Assembly (NCBI GenBank): GCA_039091855.1
Contig: JAWCLA010000013.1
Span: forward strand, 1 to 17,652
DNA length: 17,652 bases
Reading direction: 5' to 3'
Source of the DNA: Candidatus Aenigmatarchaeota archaeon
Lineage (GTDB): Archaea > Aenigmatarchaeota > Aenigmatarchaeia > QMZP01
Part shown: piece by piece, positions 1 to 8,429 of the stretch
How the letters are laid out: each line of letters begins with the position of its first letter
Numbering within the stretch: position 1 is the first letter of the stretch
Program-made: the position numbers and the translations under genes
The notes under the pieces: generated by a model
The model's database searches: none
Told to the model about the DNA's origin: nothing
The model's input: the letters and a program-made list of their open reading frames with translations, nothing else

Positions 1-1083
1 GTCTGCACATCTAGGATTGCCCGCGTTGCCTATGCAGAACCTTGCCAGCTCTGCTGTCACAATCCTGCACTGAACAGGATGCTCGTTGCAGTACTCCCTG
101 CATTCATCCCTGTTAGGTTCCTGCATACACCTTACTGCCAAATTTGCAGCGAGCCTTACACAAGCCTTCGGTTTGTTCTTACAGTATTCAAGGCATTCTG
201 AATGGTTTGCATTGTCAAGGCAGAATTCCGCAAGGTTCCTCACTATGCTTCTGCACTTGTCAGGGTTCTGCTGGCAGAATCCCCTGCACTTCCCATGGTC
301 TGCATCAGTTGCACAGAAGTCTTCCAGCTTCTTCTGTATAGCATTGCATACAGGGGTGTTCGGGTGTTCCTTGCAGTAATTTTCGCTTCTCTCTATCGCG
401 AAAAGCCTGCAATCTGTCTCTTCAGGATTGTCCTTGCACCAGCCCTTCATAAACTCCCTGCATCTTGAATCATCAATGTTGTTCTTCCTTATGCAGAAAG
501 CCTTGAAGAGCGCGAGACATCTGGTATCGGTTGGGTTGTTCTCGCAATAGCTTTCTATTCCAGCGCTGCAGTTTCCTGTTTCCCTGCAGTATTCCCTGAG
601 CTTTTCCCTCCACTCATTCTTCTTCATTATCCTTGGGGCCTGAAGTATGTGGACATTGTAGGTCGTTCCGTCAACAGTAAGCGTTCCTGCCCACACTTCT
701 GTGTCTTCCTTTATCACTGACTTCACGCTTATAGAACCTGCCATTGTATCATTCCTGTAAAGGTCTCCTGTCGCAGAACCGTTCTCTATCGCAACATTCC
801 TTATCCTGAACTTCTCCTCATCAAGGAAGAGAACGCCTATTGCGACCTTTGTTTCAGTGTCATTTACAGTTACCTTCATTTTTGCCACACCAACCTTCAC
901 TATCTTGAAATTGGTGGGATCAGAAGGCAGGGACGCTATACCCTTTCCGAGGAAGCCCAACGTTTCTATAGCAGGAGCTGTTGCTGATGTCTGGCCCCCA
1001 AGGTTTTCTTCTCCCAGAACGAGTGCAGGAGCTGCCACAACAAGCATTGCTGCAACTGAAATCAATAAAGCCTTTTCTCTCAT
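1..1083 (-). CDS. Secreted Cys-rich repeat protein, 3'-truncated by the window edge (not in the ORF track)
   Basis: My translation from ATG 1083 stays open for 361 codons to base 1. It begins with a signal peptide (MREKALLISVAAMLVVAAPALVLG), then a beta-rich region, then Cys-rich helical repeats, ending in 31-aa units C-x8-C-x3-C-x6-C-x10. An RBS-like GGTGA lies at 1095-1091. Confidence 0.9.
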   Translation of the reverse strand, partial: MREKALLISVAAMLVVAAPALVLGEENLGGQTSATAPAIETLGFLGKGIASLPSDPTNFKIVKVGVAKMKVTVNDTETKVAIGVLFLDEEKFRIRNVAIENGSATGDLYRNDTMAGSISVKSVIKEDTEVWAGTLTVDGTTYNVHILQAPRIMKKNEWREKLREYCRETGNCSAGIESYCENNPTDTRCLALFKAFCIRKNNIDDSRCREFMKGWCKDNPEETDCRLFAIERSENYCKEHPNTPVCNAIQKKLEDFCATDADHGKCRGFCQQNPDKCRSIVRNLAEFCLDNANHSECLEYCKNKPKACVRLAANLAVRCMQEPNRDECREYCNEHPVQCRIVTAELARFCIGNAGNPRCAD

Positions 1084-1101
1084 TTTCTCATCACCTGTTT
1101 T

Positions 1102-1152
1102 TTATAGTGCGATTCGGTAAAGAGTTGATTTATCACTCGAACCACACTATAA
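1102..1152 (-). promoter_or_regulatory. 15-bp stem-loop upstream of the secreted-protein gene
   Basis: Minus-strand arms TTATAGTGTGGTTCG (1152-1138) and CGAATCGCACTATAA (1116-1102) pair fully, with two G-U wobbles. Confidence 0.5.
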
Positions 1153-1209
1153 CAAATATATGGTTTCAACTACTAAAATATTGGATGAAACGATATGAAA
1201 CGGTAGAAA

Positions 1210-1644
1210 CTAATCAATCCCGTAGAAAAGTTTAATGCAGCTGTCAAGGTCCTCCATCAATTCCATATCAATTGCATCAGCAGGAGTTACCCACCTGTAC
1301 TCCCTGTGTTCTTTGTTTATCCTAACCTTTGGCTTTTTCTCAAAACCTGTATGGAAAATGTGATATACAAAGTCAAAATCAGGATACCTTAAGAAAAATC
1401 CCGAGAAGCGTCTGAGCTTTTTTGGATTAAGAATTATCCCTGTCTCTTCCTCTATCTCCCTTGCCATTGCCTCTTGTGGCGACTCCCCATTCTCAATCAC
1501 TCCTGAGGGTATGCACCACTTATTCGCTTCTATGTCATCGTCCTCTCTCCTGAGCAAAAGAAGTATCTTTGAATCATATTCGCAAAAGCATCCCGCTGCC
1601 CGAAGCTTTGGTTTGAAATCTTTGGGAGGAATTACATAAAGCAT
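1210..1644 (-). CDS. Nudix hydrolase (MutT-like)
   Basis: Complete Nudix box GVIENGESPQEAMAREIEEETGI, the preceding LLLRR and WCIPSG strands, and the C-terminal EHREYRWV motif. Confidence 0.93.
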   Translation of the reverse strand: MLYVIPPKDFKPKLRAAGCFCEYDSKILLLLRREDDDIEANKWCIPSGVIENGESPQEAMAREIEEETGIILNPKKLRRFSGFFLRYPDFDFVYHIFHTGFEKKPKVRINKEHREYRWVTPADAIDMELMEDLDSCIKLFYGID

Positions 1645-1657
1645 ATTGATTAATGGA

Positions 1658-1675
1658 AATAAAAAAATAAAAAAA
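1658..1675 (-). terminator. Probable archaeal oligo-T terminator of the 1704..2360 gene
   Basis: Two runs of seven T on the minus strand about 30 nt after the stop codon. Confidence 0.4.
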
Positions 1676-1703
1676 GATGGTATGGTAAATTACCATGCCC
1701 TTT

Positions 1704-2360
1704 TTATACGCATGCCCCATTCAGGCAGGCCGTGAAGTTTCCGGTACATGTATAATTACCTATGTTGTACGCATAGTTGCCTACACAGTACCACTCGCTG
1801 AGCGTCCAGTTGTTAATACAAATATCCGTGTAAGAGTACTGGTTGCCATTATACACACCGCTTACTGTTCCACGTGTCCAAACGTTTACTCCACCATCTG
1901 AGTCGCTGCACGAGTCAGAAGGCGGCAAAGAGCATGTGCCATTAATGCAGCCATAAAGGCAGTCTTGTTGCAATATTTGTGTTATGTTAGAGCCGCATGC
2001 CCCATTGGCACAGTAATAGTCTACATAATTTCTGTAAACGTCACCGTTTAGACAGTAGTTGTTGCCAATATAGCCATCTGTCCCGCAGTTTTGCTGTACG
2101 CTTGATTTGTATTTGTCAGTGCAGTAGTATTCCATAACAACTTCAGAACTCACGCAATAGTCACTGTTGAAGTATGGCTTGTTTTTATAATAGCCTGAAA
2201 CAGCCCCAAAAACACTTGGAACTATTCCACCGTCAGAATCACTGCAGGAATTTACTACCCTTGCTGCTTCCACCGAAATGGCTGTTATCGCTATTATGAA
2301 TATCCATACCTGGATAAAAGCCCCGTAAACAGTTATCTGCGTCCATCTGTCCCATTTCAT
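1704..2360 (-). CDS. Secreted or membrane-anchored Cys-rich protein with two CSDSDGG repeats
   Basis: N-terminal hydrophobic segment. Two modules CSDSDGG...G.VSG.Y....Y...D.C......E.YC, several CxNGxC motifs and multiple N-glycosylation sequons (NIT, NGT, NWT, NYT, NFT). Strong RBS GGTGGAGGT just upstream. Confidence 0.85.
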   Translation of the reverse strand: MKWDRWTQITVYGAFIQVWIFIIAITAISVEAARVVNSCSDSDGGIVPSVFGAVSGYYKNKPYFNSDYCVSSEVVMEYYCTDKYKSSVQQNCGTDGYIGNNYCLNGDVYRNYVDYYCANGACGSNITQILQQDCLYGCINGTCSLPPSDSCSDSDGGVNVWTRGTVSGVYNGNQYSYTDICINNWTLSEWYCVGNYAYNIGNYTCTGNFTACLNGACV

Positions 2361-2457
2361 TATTTACCTCCACCTTTTTATCAGTGTTGATTGTTTGTAA
2401 TATATTATTAGTTTACAAATAATTTATAGACCATTGCACAGGCGAGTGAAATGTAAA

Positions 2458-2809
2458 TTTTTAAATACCCTGTTGTTGCCCACTCGCTTATTCAACAGGC
2501 ATATAATTAGGTAATGAGACTGAAATTTCGGCGATAGTTTTTTTTGGAACGGAAAGCACATCACCACTGATCGCAGACTATGGAATTCTTTATTTTAAAT
2601 GCTCGGTTAATTTGCCCGCTCGCCTATCCACCAGTCACATGCAATAGGTGAATAAGACTGGTGGAATTTCGGCGAGCACTGTTAATTGGCGATAAGACGC
2701 TAATTTATCATTAAGATGGTTTTTGTGAGATTGCTGATGGTGACTTTTTGGGACGGACTAAGCCCATACCCACCACCGGTCACAGACCGGTGGAATTCTT
2801 TATTTAAAT
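2458..2809. repeat. Degenerate tandem duplication with conserved hairpins
   Basis: Copy 1 (about 2458-2600) and copy 2 (about 2593-2809, with an extra internal segment) share TTGCCC.CTCGC.TAT, AATTTCGGCGA, TTTTTGG.ACGGA and CAGAC...TGGAATTCTTTATTT. Perfect stems at 2627-2636/2656-2665 and 2773-2781/2785-2793. Confidence 0.7.
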
Positions 2810-3663
2810 CAGCCCTTCCACTCAATCCTCCTGTTCTTTCCGCTCTTCTCCTTCTGTATAAGCCCCTTTCTTTCCAGCGACTTTGTTATCCTGCTCACCT
2901 TCGCCTTGGAGAAACCCAGTTCCCTAACCAATTTGTTCTGGTAGCACACCTTCCTTTCCCTCAAAATCTCCACAACCTTCCTCTCGTCCTCCGTGAATCC
3001 TTTCAGGAAGACCTGAGCGTTCCTTTTCCTGAACCAAAGAAAAAGCCACAAAATGCTTGCAAAAAAAATTGCCACAACGGGAAAAACCAGGAAATCCGTT
3101 GAGTGATAGGGATTGCGAATCTTAATGGAAATTGGTATGTCATCCGGGTTTTCAATTGACCATTTCAGGTATATCCTCCTCCCGTCCGTTGTTTTTAACA
3201 GGCTTTCAGGATATAGCATATCATTGTAAACAGAAAACCCCTCGGGAAGTATTGCCGTTATCTCTGCCCTCTCCAACCCCTCCGGAAACCTTATAACAGT
3301 GAAGAACTGCATAGTGTTTTCCTTCCAGAAAACGAGCTCGTTGGTGAAGAATTGTATGAATATATCCCTTGTTCCATTAGGAACAAGAATTCTTATTTTT
3401 TCGCCGTTTGCAGTTTTATCTATATTGTAATGCATTTTATTTTTCCCGTCCGTAACCTCCAACCCGGAGATTTCGCCTTCAACCGTGTAGGTGAAATATG
3501 ACTCCCCAACCTCTCCTGCAAAGGAGATGTGAATTTCCTCCTTTACAGTTCCCGATGGCTGGATGTCAAACACGACCTCGTGCCCTGATATGTCAACCGC
3601 CCTTACAGGGGTGGCAAAAAGCAATAAAACCATGCAAAACAAAAACAGGACATTTTGCCTCAT
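2809..3663 (-). CDS. Membrane-anchored protein with C-terminal winged helix-turn-helix (COG2512-like)
   Basis: Signal peptide, extracellular beta-rich domain, one TM helix (FLVFPVVAIFFASILWLFLWF), then a wHTH (TEDERKVVEILR...QNKLVRELGFSKAKVSRITKSLERKGLIQKEKSGK). ATG 3663 is preferred over TTG 3669 because it lies 22 nt from the TATA-like box. Confidence 0.85.
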   Translation of the reverse strand: MRQNVLFLFCMVLLLFATPVRAVDISGHEVVFDIQPSGTVKEEIHISFAGEVGESYFTYTVEGEISGLEVTDGKNKMHYNIDKTANGEKIRILVPNGTRDIFIQFFTNELVFWKENTMQFFTVIRFPEGLERAEITAILPEGFSVYNDMLYPESLLKTTDGRRIYLKWSIENPDDIPISIKIRNPYHSTDFLVFPVVAIFFASILWLFLWFRKRNAQVFLKGFTEDERKVVEILRERKVCYQNKLVRELGFSKAKVSRITKSLERKGLIQKEKSGKNRRIEWKG

Positions 3664-3682
3664 AACCAATTTTTATTCAAGG

Positions 3683-3698
3683 GGCTTATAAATAAGCC
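3683..3698. promoter_or_regulatory. Palindromic TATA-box region in the divergent promoter
   Basis: GGCTTAT-AA-ATAAGCC is an inverted repeat that contains TTATAAA / TTTATAA, between divergent genes at 3663(-) and 3742(+). Confidence 0.55.
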
Positions 3699-3741
3699 TT
3701 CCATTATTAGGTTGTAAATCATCTGTTTAAGGCGGTAGATA

Positions 3742-4692
3742 ATGGCTGACATATTACAGGAATATTTTATTAACCCGATACTCATAAACGGCTGGTTCAA
3801 CCCGGTGAACACACTGCTTTGGGGCATAATCCTCGTAGTGGCATCTTTCCTTGTTTACAACAAAATCCTCAAGCCACTGAAAATTCCTGTTGACAGGCAG
3901 TTCGCTTTTGCAACCCTTCCATTTGTCTTTTGGGCATCTTCCACAAGGGTTCTAAGGGATTTCTTCTATGGCGTTGCCCGTGAGGCATCCGTAAGCCAGC
4001 AGTTTATGACAGATATAGTTTATCAGGCATCCCAGATACAGCAAACCGCTTATTCACAAATTCTCGGTTTTATCCCCCTTCCCCCTTTCGCGTGGCTTTT
4101 TTCCTGGATTATAGCCTTATTCCCCACGCCGGGAAGCTACGTTTTCACTTTCATTTTTGCACTTTTCGCCCTTTTGCTTGGATTGATAATACAGAGGCTT
4201 TCCAAAATCCAGTATTGGAAAGCAATGCTAACGACAGGGGCTTTCGCCTGCCTGGTTAACATCTTTATGATTCCTCTCAAAAACCCTTTGGGACTTGGGA
4301 TGATACTGGGAATAACAATCTCTTTTTCAGGGATTTTTTTCCTTCTAACCCTCATTCAGGAAAGGAAGGTTTTAAGAATTCCCCAACTCAGTATTTTTTC
4401 CAGGGCCAATTCCGCCATACTTTCCTGCCACATCCTGGACGCCTCTGCAACGTTTGTTTCGGTCACTTATTTCGGCTACCTCGAGCAGCACCCTGTGCCG
4501 AGGTTCTTCATAGAGTCATTCGGAGGATGGACGTTCTTTGCACTAAAGCTTGCCGTTTTGCTGCCTTCTTTGTGGATAATAGACAAGTACGCAAAGGAGG
4601 GTGAATTCAGGAACTTCCTGAAGATTGTTATTCTTATCTTGGGCTTGGCACCTGGGTTAAGAGACGCGATAAGGCTTGGCGCCGGTGTTTAA
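3742..4692 (+). CDS. DUF63 family archaeal polytopic membrane protein
   Basis: Family-like motifs GWFNPVNT, RVLRD, TPGSY, HILDASATF...GYLEQH..P and LGLAPGLRD..R. Many TM helices. Confidence 0.85.
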   Translation: MADILQEYFINPILINGWFNPVNTLLWGIILVVASFLVYNKILKPLKIPVDRQFAFATLPFVFWASSTRVLRDFFYGVAREASVSQQFMTDIVYQASQIQQTAYSQILGFIPLPPFAWLFSWIIALFPTPGSYVFTFIFALFALLLGLIIQRLSKIQYWKAMLTTGAFACLVNIFMIPLKNPLGLGMILGITISFSGIFFLLTLIQERKVLRIPQLSIFSRANSAILSCHILDASATFVSVTYFGYLEQHPVPRFFIESFGGWTFFALKLAVLLPSLWIIDKYAKEGEFRNFLKIVILILGLAPGLRDAIRLGAGV

Positions 4693-4796
4693 TTTTTCCC
4701 AAGTAATGTTCTCCGTTTTGCCAGCTTAAATTTTCATTCAACCACAAAGTCAATTTGCAATTTATGAATGATAGAGAGTCTGGCACAAAATCAACT

Positions 4797-6533
4797 TTAA
4801 CACTTTGGCGCGCAAACGCCCTTTCCTCCCGGAACCTCAGGGCAGCATTTTTGGTCCTTTGCGCAGTCGTCATCGGTGCAGCACCAGCTGCCAAAATCTA
4901 CTTTGATTATTTTTTCCTGTGAAATCGAGTAAGTGTATTTTGCTTTGGCTGTTATAACATACGATTTTGTGGGGCTGTTTCCAAGCTTAACTTCCAGTTT
5001 TTTAACATGGCAATAGAAGTATTTATCTCCAGATTTCATACTTTCCCATTTAATGGTGCAATGACTATCTTTGCATTCTGGTTTTGCATATGGAACGCAA
5101 TTATCAATATCAAAATCCTTTGGATAAGTGAGTTCCACACTCTCAATATTTTCTATCTTACCACCTTTTTGTGCGCTTAGAATGCTAAGACCTATGTGGA
5201 AATCCTGGTCCTCCCTTATTGGGCTCTTCAATCCTGGTGTTCCTATAGGGAACCTGACAGGCCCGCTTGTGTATTCTGACTGAACGTCCTTGAGCTGTAG
5301 CTTGTCCATTTTTGAAAGCCTCTCCCACTCGTCTTTGCTTATGAATTCGAGCTTTTCAGTTCCCTTGCCTAAAACCGAGTCAGTTGTGTATTTGTATCTA
5401 AGGGTTATGTTTATGGGTATGTATTTTTTCCTTAAGTCATAATCTTTAACAGCTTTACATTTTACGTTACCTGAATAATAAGTCTGCCATATGTTTTGGC
5501 GTGGGAAATTGTTATCTTGTTTTTCATCAAAATAGTAAACACATCTATAATCCTTATCATTATTCTTGCATTTATCGGTGTTTATGCCGAGCTCACTTAT
5601 TTTTATACGTGAGCCTGATGAGGACATAGGAGCATTGGAACCAGAACTGATTTCTATCTCTACATTTTGGGCGTCATATCCCCCACTGTTCTTTATATTA
5701 GCAGTTATCATAAATGGTTGCTCAATCAAAACGGGCGTCACCTCGAAGCTTGTGATTTCCAACCCGTAAGCACCTGTTTGTCCCACAGGATTGTAAGCAT
5801 AGCTTCCATTCATAAGCATTGTTGCATATCCCACAGGATTTGTCAGCAACATCCAGGCATTGCCTATAGTACCGCTTAACTGGGACCAAGCATTTCCAAG
5901 AGGCTGGAAGACAGATGAAGCATAGTTATGAACAGTGGGCCACCATTCGCCAAAGAAGGCAACACCTACATCCTGGGAACCAACACCTATTGCATAAATA
6001 ATAAAGGACCCTATGATTATAAAAATCCCAGTTGTTGTCCTTGATTCTATGTCACTAGCCAATCCTGAGACGAGCCCGAAAAGCCAAATGCCTGTGAAAA
6101 TTATCGCGCTGGTATTCCACTTCCATGGTTCCATCATCAACATTGAAAGGAAAATCAGGCCAACGCCTATGAGCAGAAATATGGAATTTTTGTTCCAGAA
6201 AGAAATACCGATAAAGAAAGCTGCACCAAAGAAAACAACAATTCCCAAGTAAGGCACGACTCCTGACACACCCAAGTCAAGACCCAGACCTATTGGACTA
6301 TCTCCAAAGCCAAATGCCCAAAACAAAAGAATACCCATAACTATTCCAAAAACCATTCTGTTTATAGTGTTCTCGGCGTTCCTGTTGGTAAAGGGTATGA
6401 AAAAAAGGAAAGCCCATGCCAAAACACAAAGGAACCAGGAATTAAATGCATAAAGAAAAGCCAACCCAACAAATAGACCAAAGGCTGACTTTGACCATGC
6501 CTTAATCAAATTCTCAAAGTCATATCCGGGCAT
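4797..6533 (-). CDS. Large membrane protein: multi-TM N-terminus, extracellular Ig/CARDB-like beta domains and a Cys-knot-like tail
   Basis: About eight hydrophobic segments in the first 190 aa. CARDB-like string FMITANIKNSGGYDAQNVEIEI. C-terminus WCCTDDDCAKDQKCCPEVPGGKGVCAPKC. Confidence 0.75.
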   Translation of the reverse strand: MPGYDFENLIKAWSKSAFGLFVGLAFLYAFNSWFLCVLAWAFLFFIPFTNRNAENTINRMVFGIVMGILLFWAFGFGDSPIGLGLDLGVSGVVPYLGIVVFFGAAFFIGISFWNKNSIFLLIGVGLIFLSMLMMEPWKWNTSAIIFTGIWLFGLVSGLASDIESRTTTGIFIIIGSFIIYAIGVGSQDVGVAFFGEWWPTVHNYASSVFQPLGNAWSQLSGTIGNAWMLLTNPVGYATMLMNGSYAYNPVGQTGAYGLEITSFEVTPVLIEQPFMITANIKNSGGYDAQNVEIEISSGSNAPMSSSGSRIKISELGINTDKCKNNDKDYRCVYYFDEKQDNNFPRQNIWQTYYSGNVKCKAVKDYDLRKKYIPINITLRYKYTTDSVLGKGTEKLEFISKDEWERLSKMDKLQLKDVQSEYTSGPVRFPIGTPGLKSPIREDQDFHIGLSILSAQKGGKIENIESVELTYPKDFDIDNCVPYAKPECKDSHCTIKWESMKSGDKYFYCHVKKLEVKLGNSPTKSYVITAKAKYTYSISQEKIIKVDFGSWCCTDDDCAKDQKCCPEVPGGKGVCAPKC

Positions 6534-6535
6534 AC

Positions 6536-8206
6536 TTACACTTCATCCTGGGATATAATCCTGCTCAACCATCTTGCCCTGCCACCTTCATGCACTCCTG
6601 TATCGGTTCTTTGGAACTTTATACTTGCATAAGCAATAAGGGCCGCTATTACTCCAATTGGTTTTGCAAGGGGTATTGATGACAAAACAAAAGCGAGGCT
6701 CAGGAGCGCAAATCCAGCTACGTGCAAAAGATGCTTGAATCCAGTTGACCAGGCAACGCTCTCCATCCTGAAATCCCTCAGCATAGAGATGGTTATCATT
6801 GTGTCATTCTTTCTCTGCTCTTCAATCTGTGCCTCAACGTCGGCACCCGCCTTTGAATATTTTTCCGATTTCTTCAGGTTTTCATAATACTCATTTATTT
6901 TCTCTATCCTATCCCTTATCTTACTGTAATTGTTTGGGGTTGGCAGGATTGAGGAAATCAAAAAGCAAATAAATGCGAAAAAGAAAAGGGGGCTCCCTAA
7001 AATGGCAGATGCAACAACACCTGCAAAAAGGAACCCTGCGCTTTTTGTTATATTTGATTTCAGGTTTCCTGTCATGTCAGAAAATATGTTGACCTTTCCT
7101 ATTGCACTAGGTACATATCTTACGCTTCTCACATCAAGTGAATTATCTTTTTCCTTGAGCCTCTCCATCTCCCATTTTAGCATCTCCCTTTTTGCCTCAT
7201 TCAGGTCATAATCAAACATCTGTCTTATGTATTTTGCATTCTCCTCTGGAACAACACCTGCCTTTACAAGAGCCCTTAGCCTCCTATCCAATTTGTCTCT
7301 ATCAAACCTTATGCGCTTGTAATGCGCAAATATCTTCCTTATTCTCTCTCTTGTTTCCCTTGTGCCTCCTGTGAAAGAAACCTTGTGACTCATTTCTTCA
7401 AGAGGCTTAAGCTCGAAATTTTGGTGAGCAGTATCAGGTGGCGGAGGTATTACAACCTTGTCAACATATTGGGAAAGGTATCCTCCTTCTGCTCCTTCTG
7501 CAATATACTCTCCTGCTTGTATTTTTTCAGGCTTAACTCGTCTTTCAGCCATCATATGGTATTCGCCAGGAGGAAGGTTGTAGATTTCATAATGACCCCT
7601 GTCATCGGTGGTTACACTTATATCAGCGTAAGGTCCCCAAATCCTAACCTTTGCACCAGGAACTCCCTTCCTCCATTTTGGAAATTGGGGATGATGTTTT
7701 CCCAAATAAGCTGTTTCTTCCGACCCTTCAAAATGGCCGTGCCAGACAAAACCTTCTATCGAAGGTTTAGGCTTTTGTTCATCTCCAAACAAATACTTTT
7801 CAGGCGAATACCTTTTGAATTTCAGATTTCTCTCAGGTGATTCCTTAAAGTCTTTGTATGCTTCATCTACCGCTCTTCTAATATGCTCGTCAAAACCGAA
7901 AGTAATATTGCCTATCCCCTTAGATTTATAAAAGGGTTTACTGAATTGCTCTCTCATCACTTTGATCGCTTCGTTTTTTGAATATGATTTAGCTCTTAAT
8001 AATTCTGCGGTTTCTTTAAGATTCAGATTTTTTAGATTCAGGTCAGAAGAGTGTTTTATTATCATATATATTTCTTCAGGTCTAAGATCACGATATTTAT
8101 CTTGATAATATGCTACTTGTTCAACCTCTTCATTGGTCGGTTTAAATCCTGCATCTAATAAAATTTTCTTTATTTTAGCTTCTGTTTCAGTAACCATCAC
8201 AACCAC
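6536..8206 (-). CDS. Membrane protein with an internal carboxypeptidase-regulatory-like (prealbumin-fold) domain and two C-terminal TM hairpins
   Basis: GVPGAKVRI...VTTDDRGHYEIYNLPPGEYHMMAE is the typical signature. Hydrophobic pairs near aa 390-420 and 490-530. The stop is 2 nt from the next start. The start may be ATG 8197. Confidence 0.75.
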   Translation of the reverse strand: MVVMVTETEAKIKKILLDAGFKPTNEEVEQVAYYQDKYRDLRPEEIYMIIKHSSDLNLKNLNLKETAELLRAKSYSKNEAIKVMREQFSKPFYKSKGIGNITFGFDEHIRRAVDEAYKDFKESPERNLKFKRYSPEKYLFGDEQKPKPSIEGFVWHGHFEGSEETAYLGKHHPQFPKWRKGVPGAKVRIWGPYADISVTTDDRGHYEIYNLPPGEYHMMAERRVKPEKIQAGEYIAEGAEGGYLSQYVDKVVIPPPPDTAHQNFELKPLEEMSHKVSFTGGTRETRERIRKIFAHYKRIRFDRDKLDRRLRALVKAGVVPEENAKYIRQMFDYDLNEAKREMLKWEMERLKEKDNSLDVRSVRYVPSAIGKVNIFSDMTGNLKSNITKSAGFLFAGVVASAILGSPLFFFAFICFLISSILPTPNNYSKIRDRIEKINEYYENLKKSEKYSKAGADVEAQIEEQRKNDTMITISMLRDFRMESVAWSTGFKHLLHVAGFALLSLAFVLSSIPLAKPIGVIAALIAYASIKFQRTDTGVHEGGRARWLSRIISQDEV

Positions 8207-8297
8207 TCAAAATACTCATTTGGCGTCTTACCTTCTATTAATAATTATGTTAATTTGAATAAAAATAAGATAGTCTTTATTTGATTGCGATAACTTA

Positions 8298-8370
8298 AAT
8301 CTGGAATTTGAGCAAAGGCCAAAGGCTGGCCTTTAACCTGTAAGCTTTGATGCCACTTAACTTCCAGATT
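8298..8370. other. Nested inverted-repeat element in the intergenic region
   Basis: Outer arms AATCTGGAATTTGAG (8298-8312) and CTTAACTTCCAGATT (8356-8370). Inner perfect hairpin AAAGGCCA-aaggc-TGGCCTTT (8314-8334). Confidence 0.55.
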
Positions 8371-8429
8371 GAAAGCGCTTCCAAATTAATAGTTTTACAG
8401 AATTAAATTCGCAGAGACCTTTGTTTCTA

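Noticed and set aside
86-1235. Plus-strand ORFs 86..379, 144..341, 202..468, 857..1120 and 981..1235
   Set aside because: They are shadows of the minus-strand gene 1..1083, which has a signal peptide, an RBS and a coherent repeat.
2458-2809. CRISPR array
   Set aside because: The repeats are degenerate and unevenly spaced, the intervening sequences are related to each other, and there are no cas genes.
8295-8373. tRNA gene
   Set aside because: The length is similar, but no TTCGA T-loop, D-arm or cloverleaf can be drawn.
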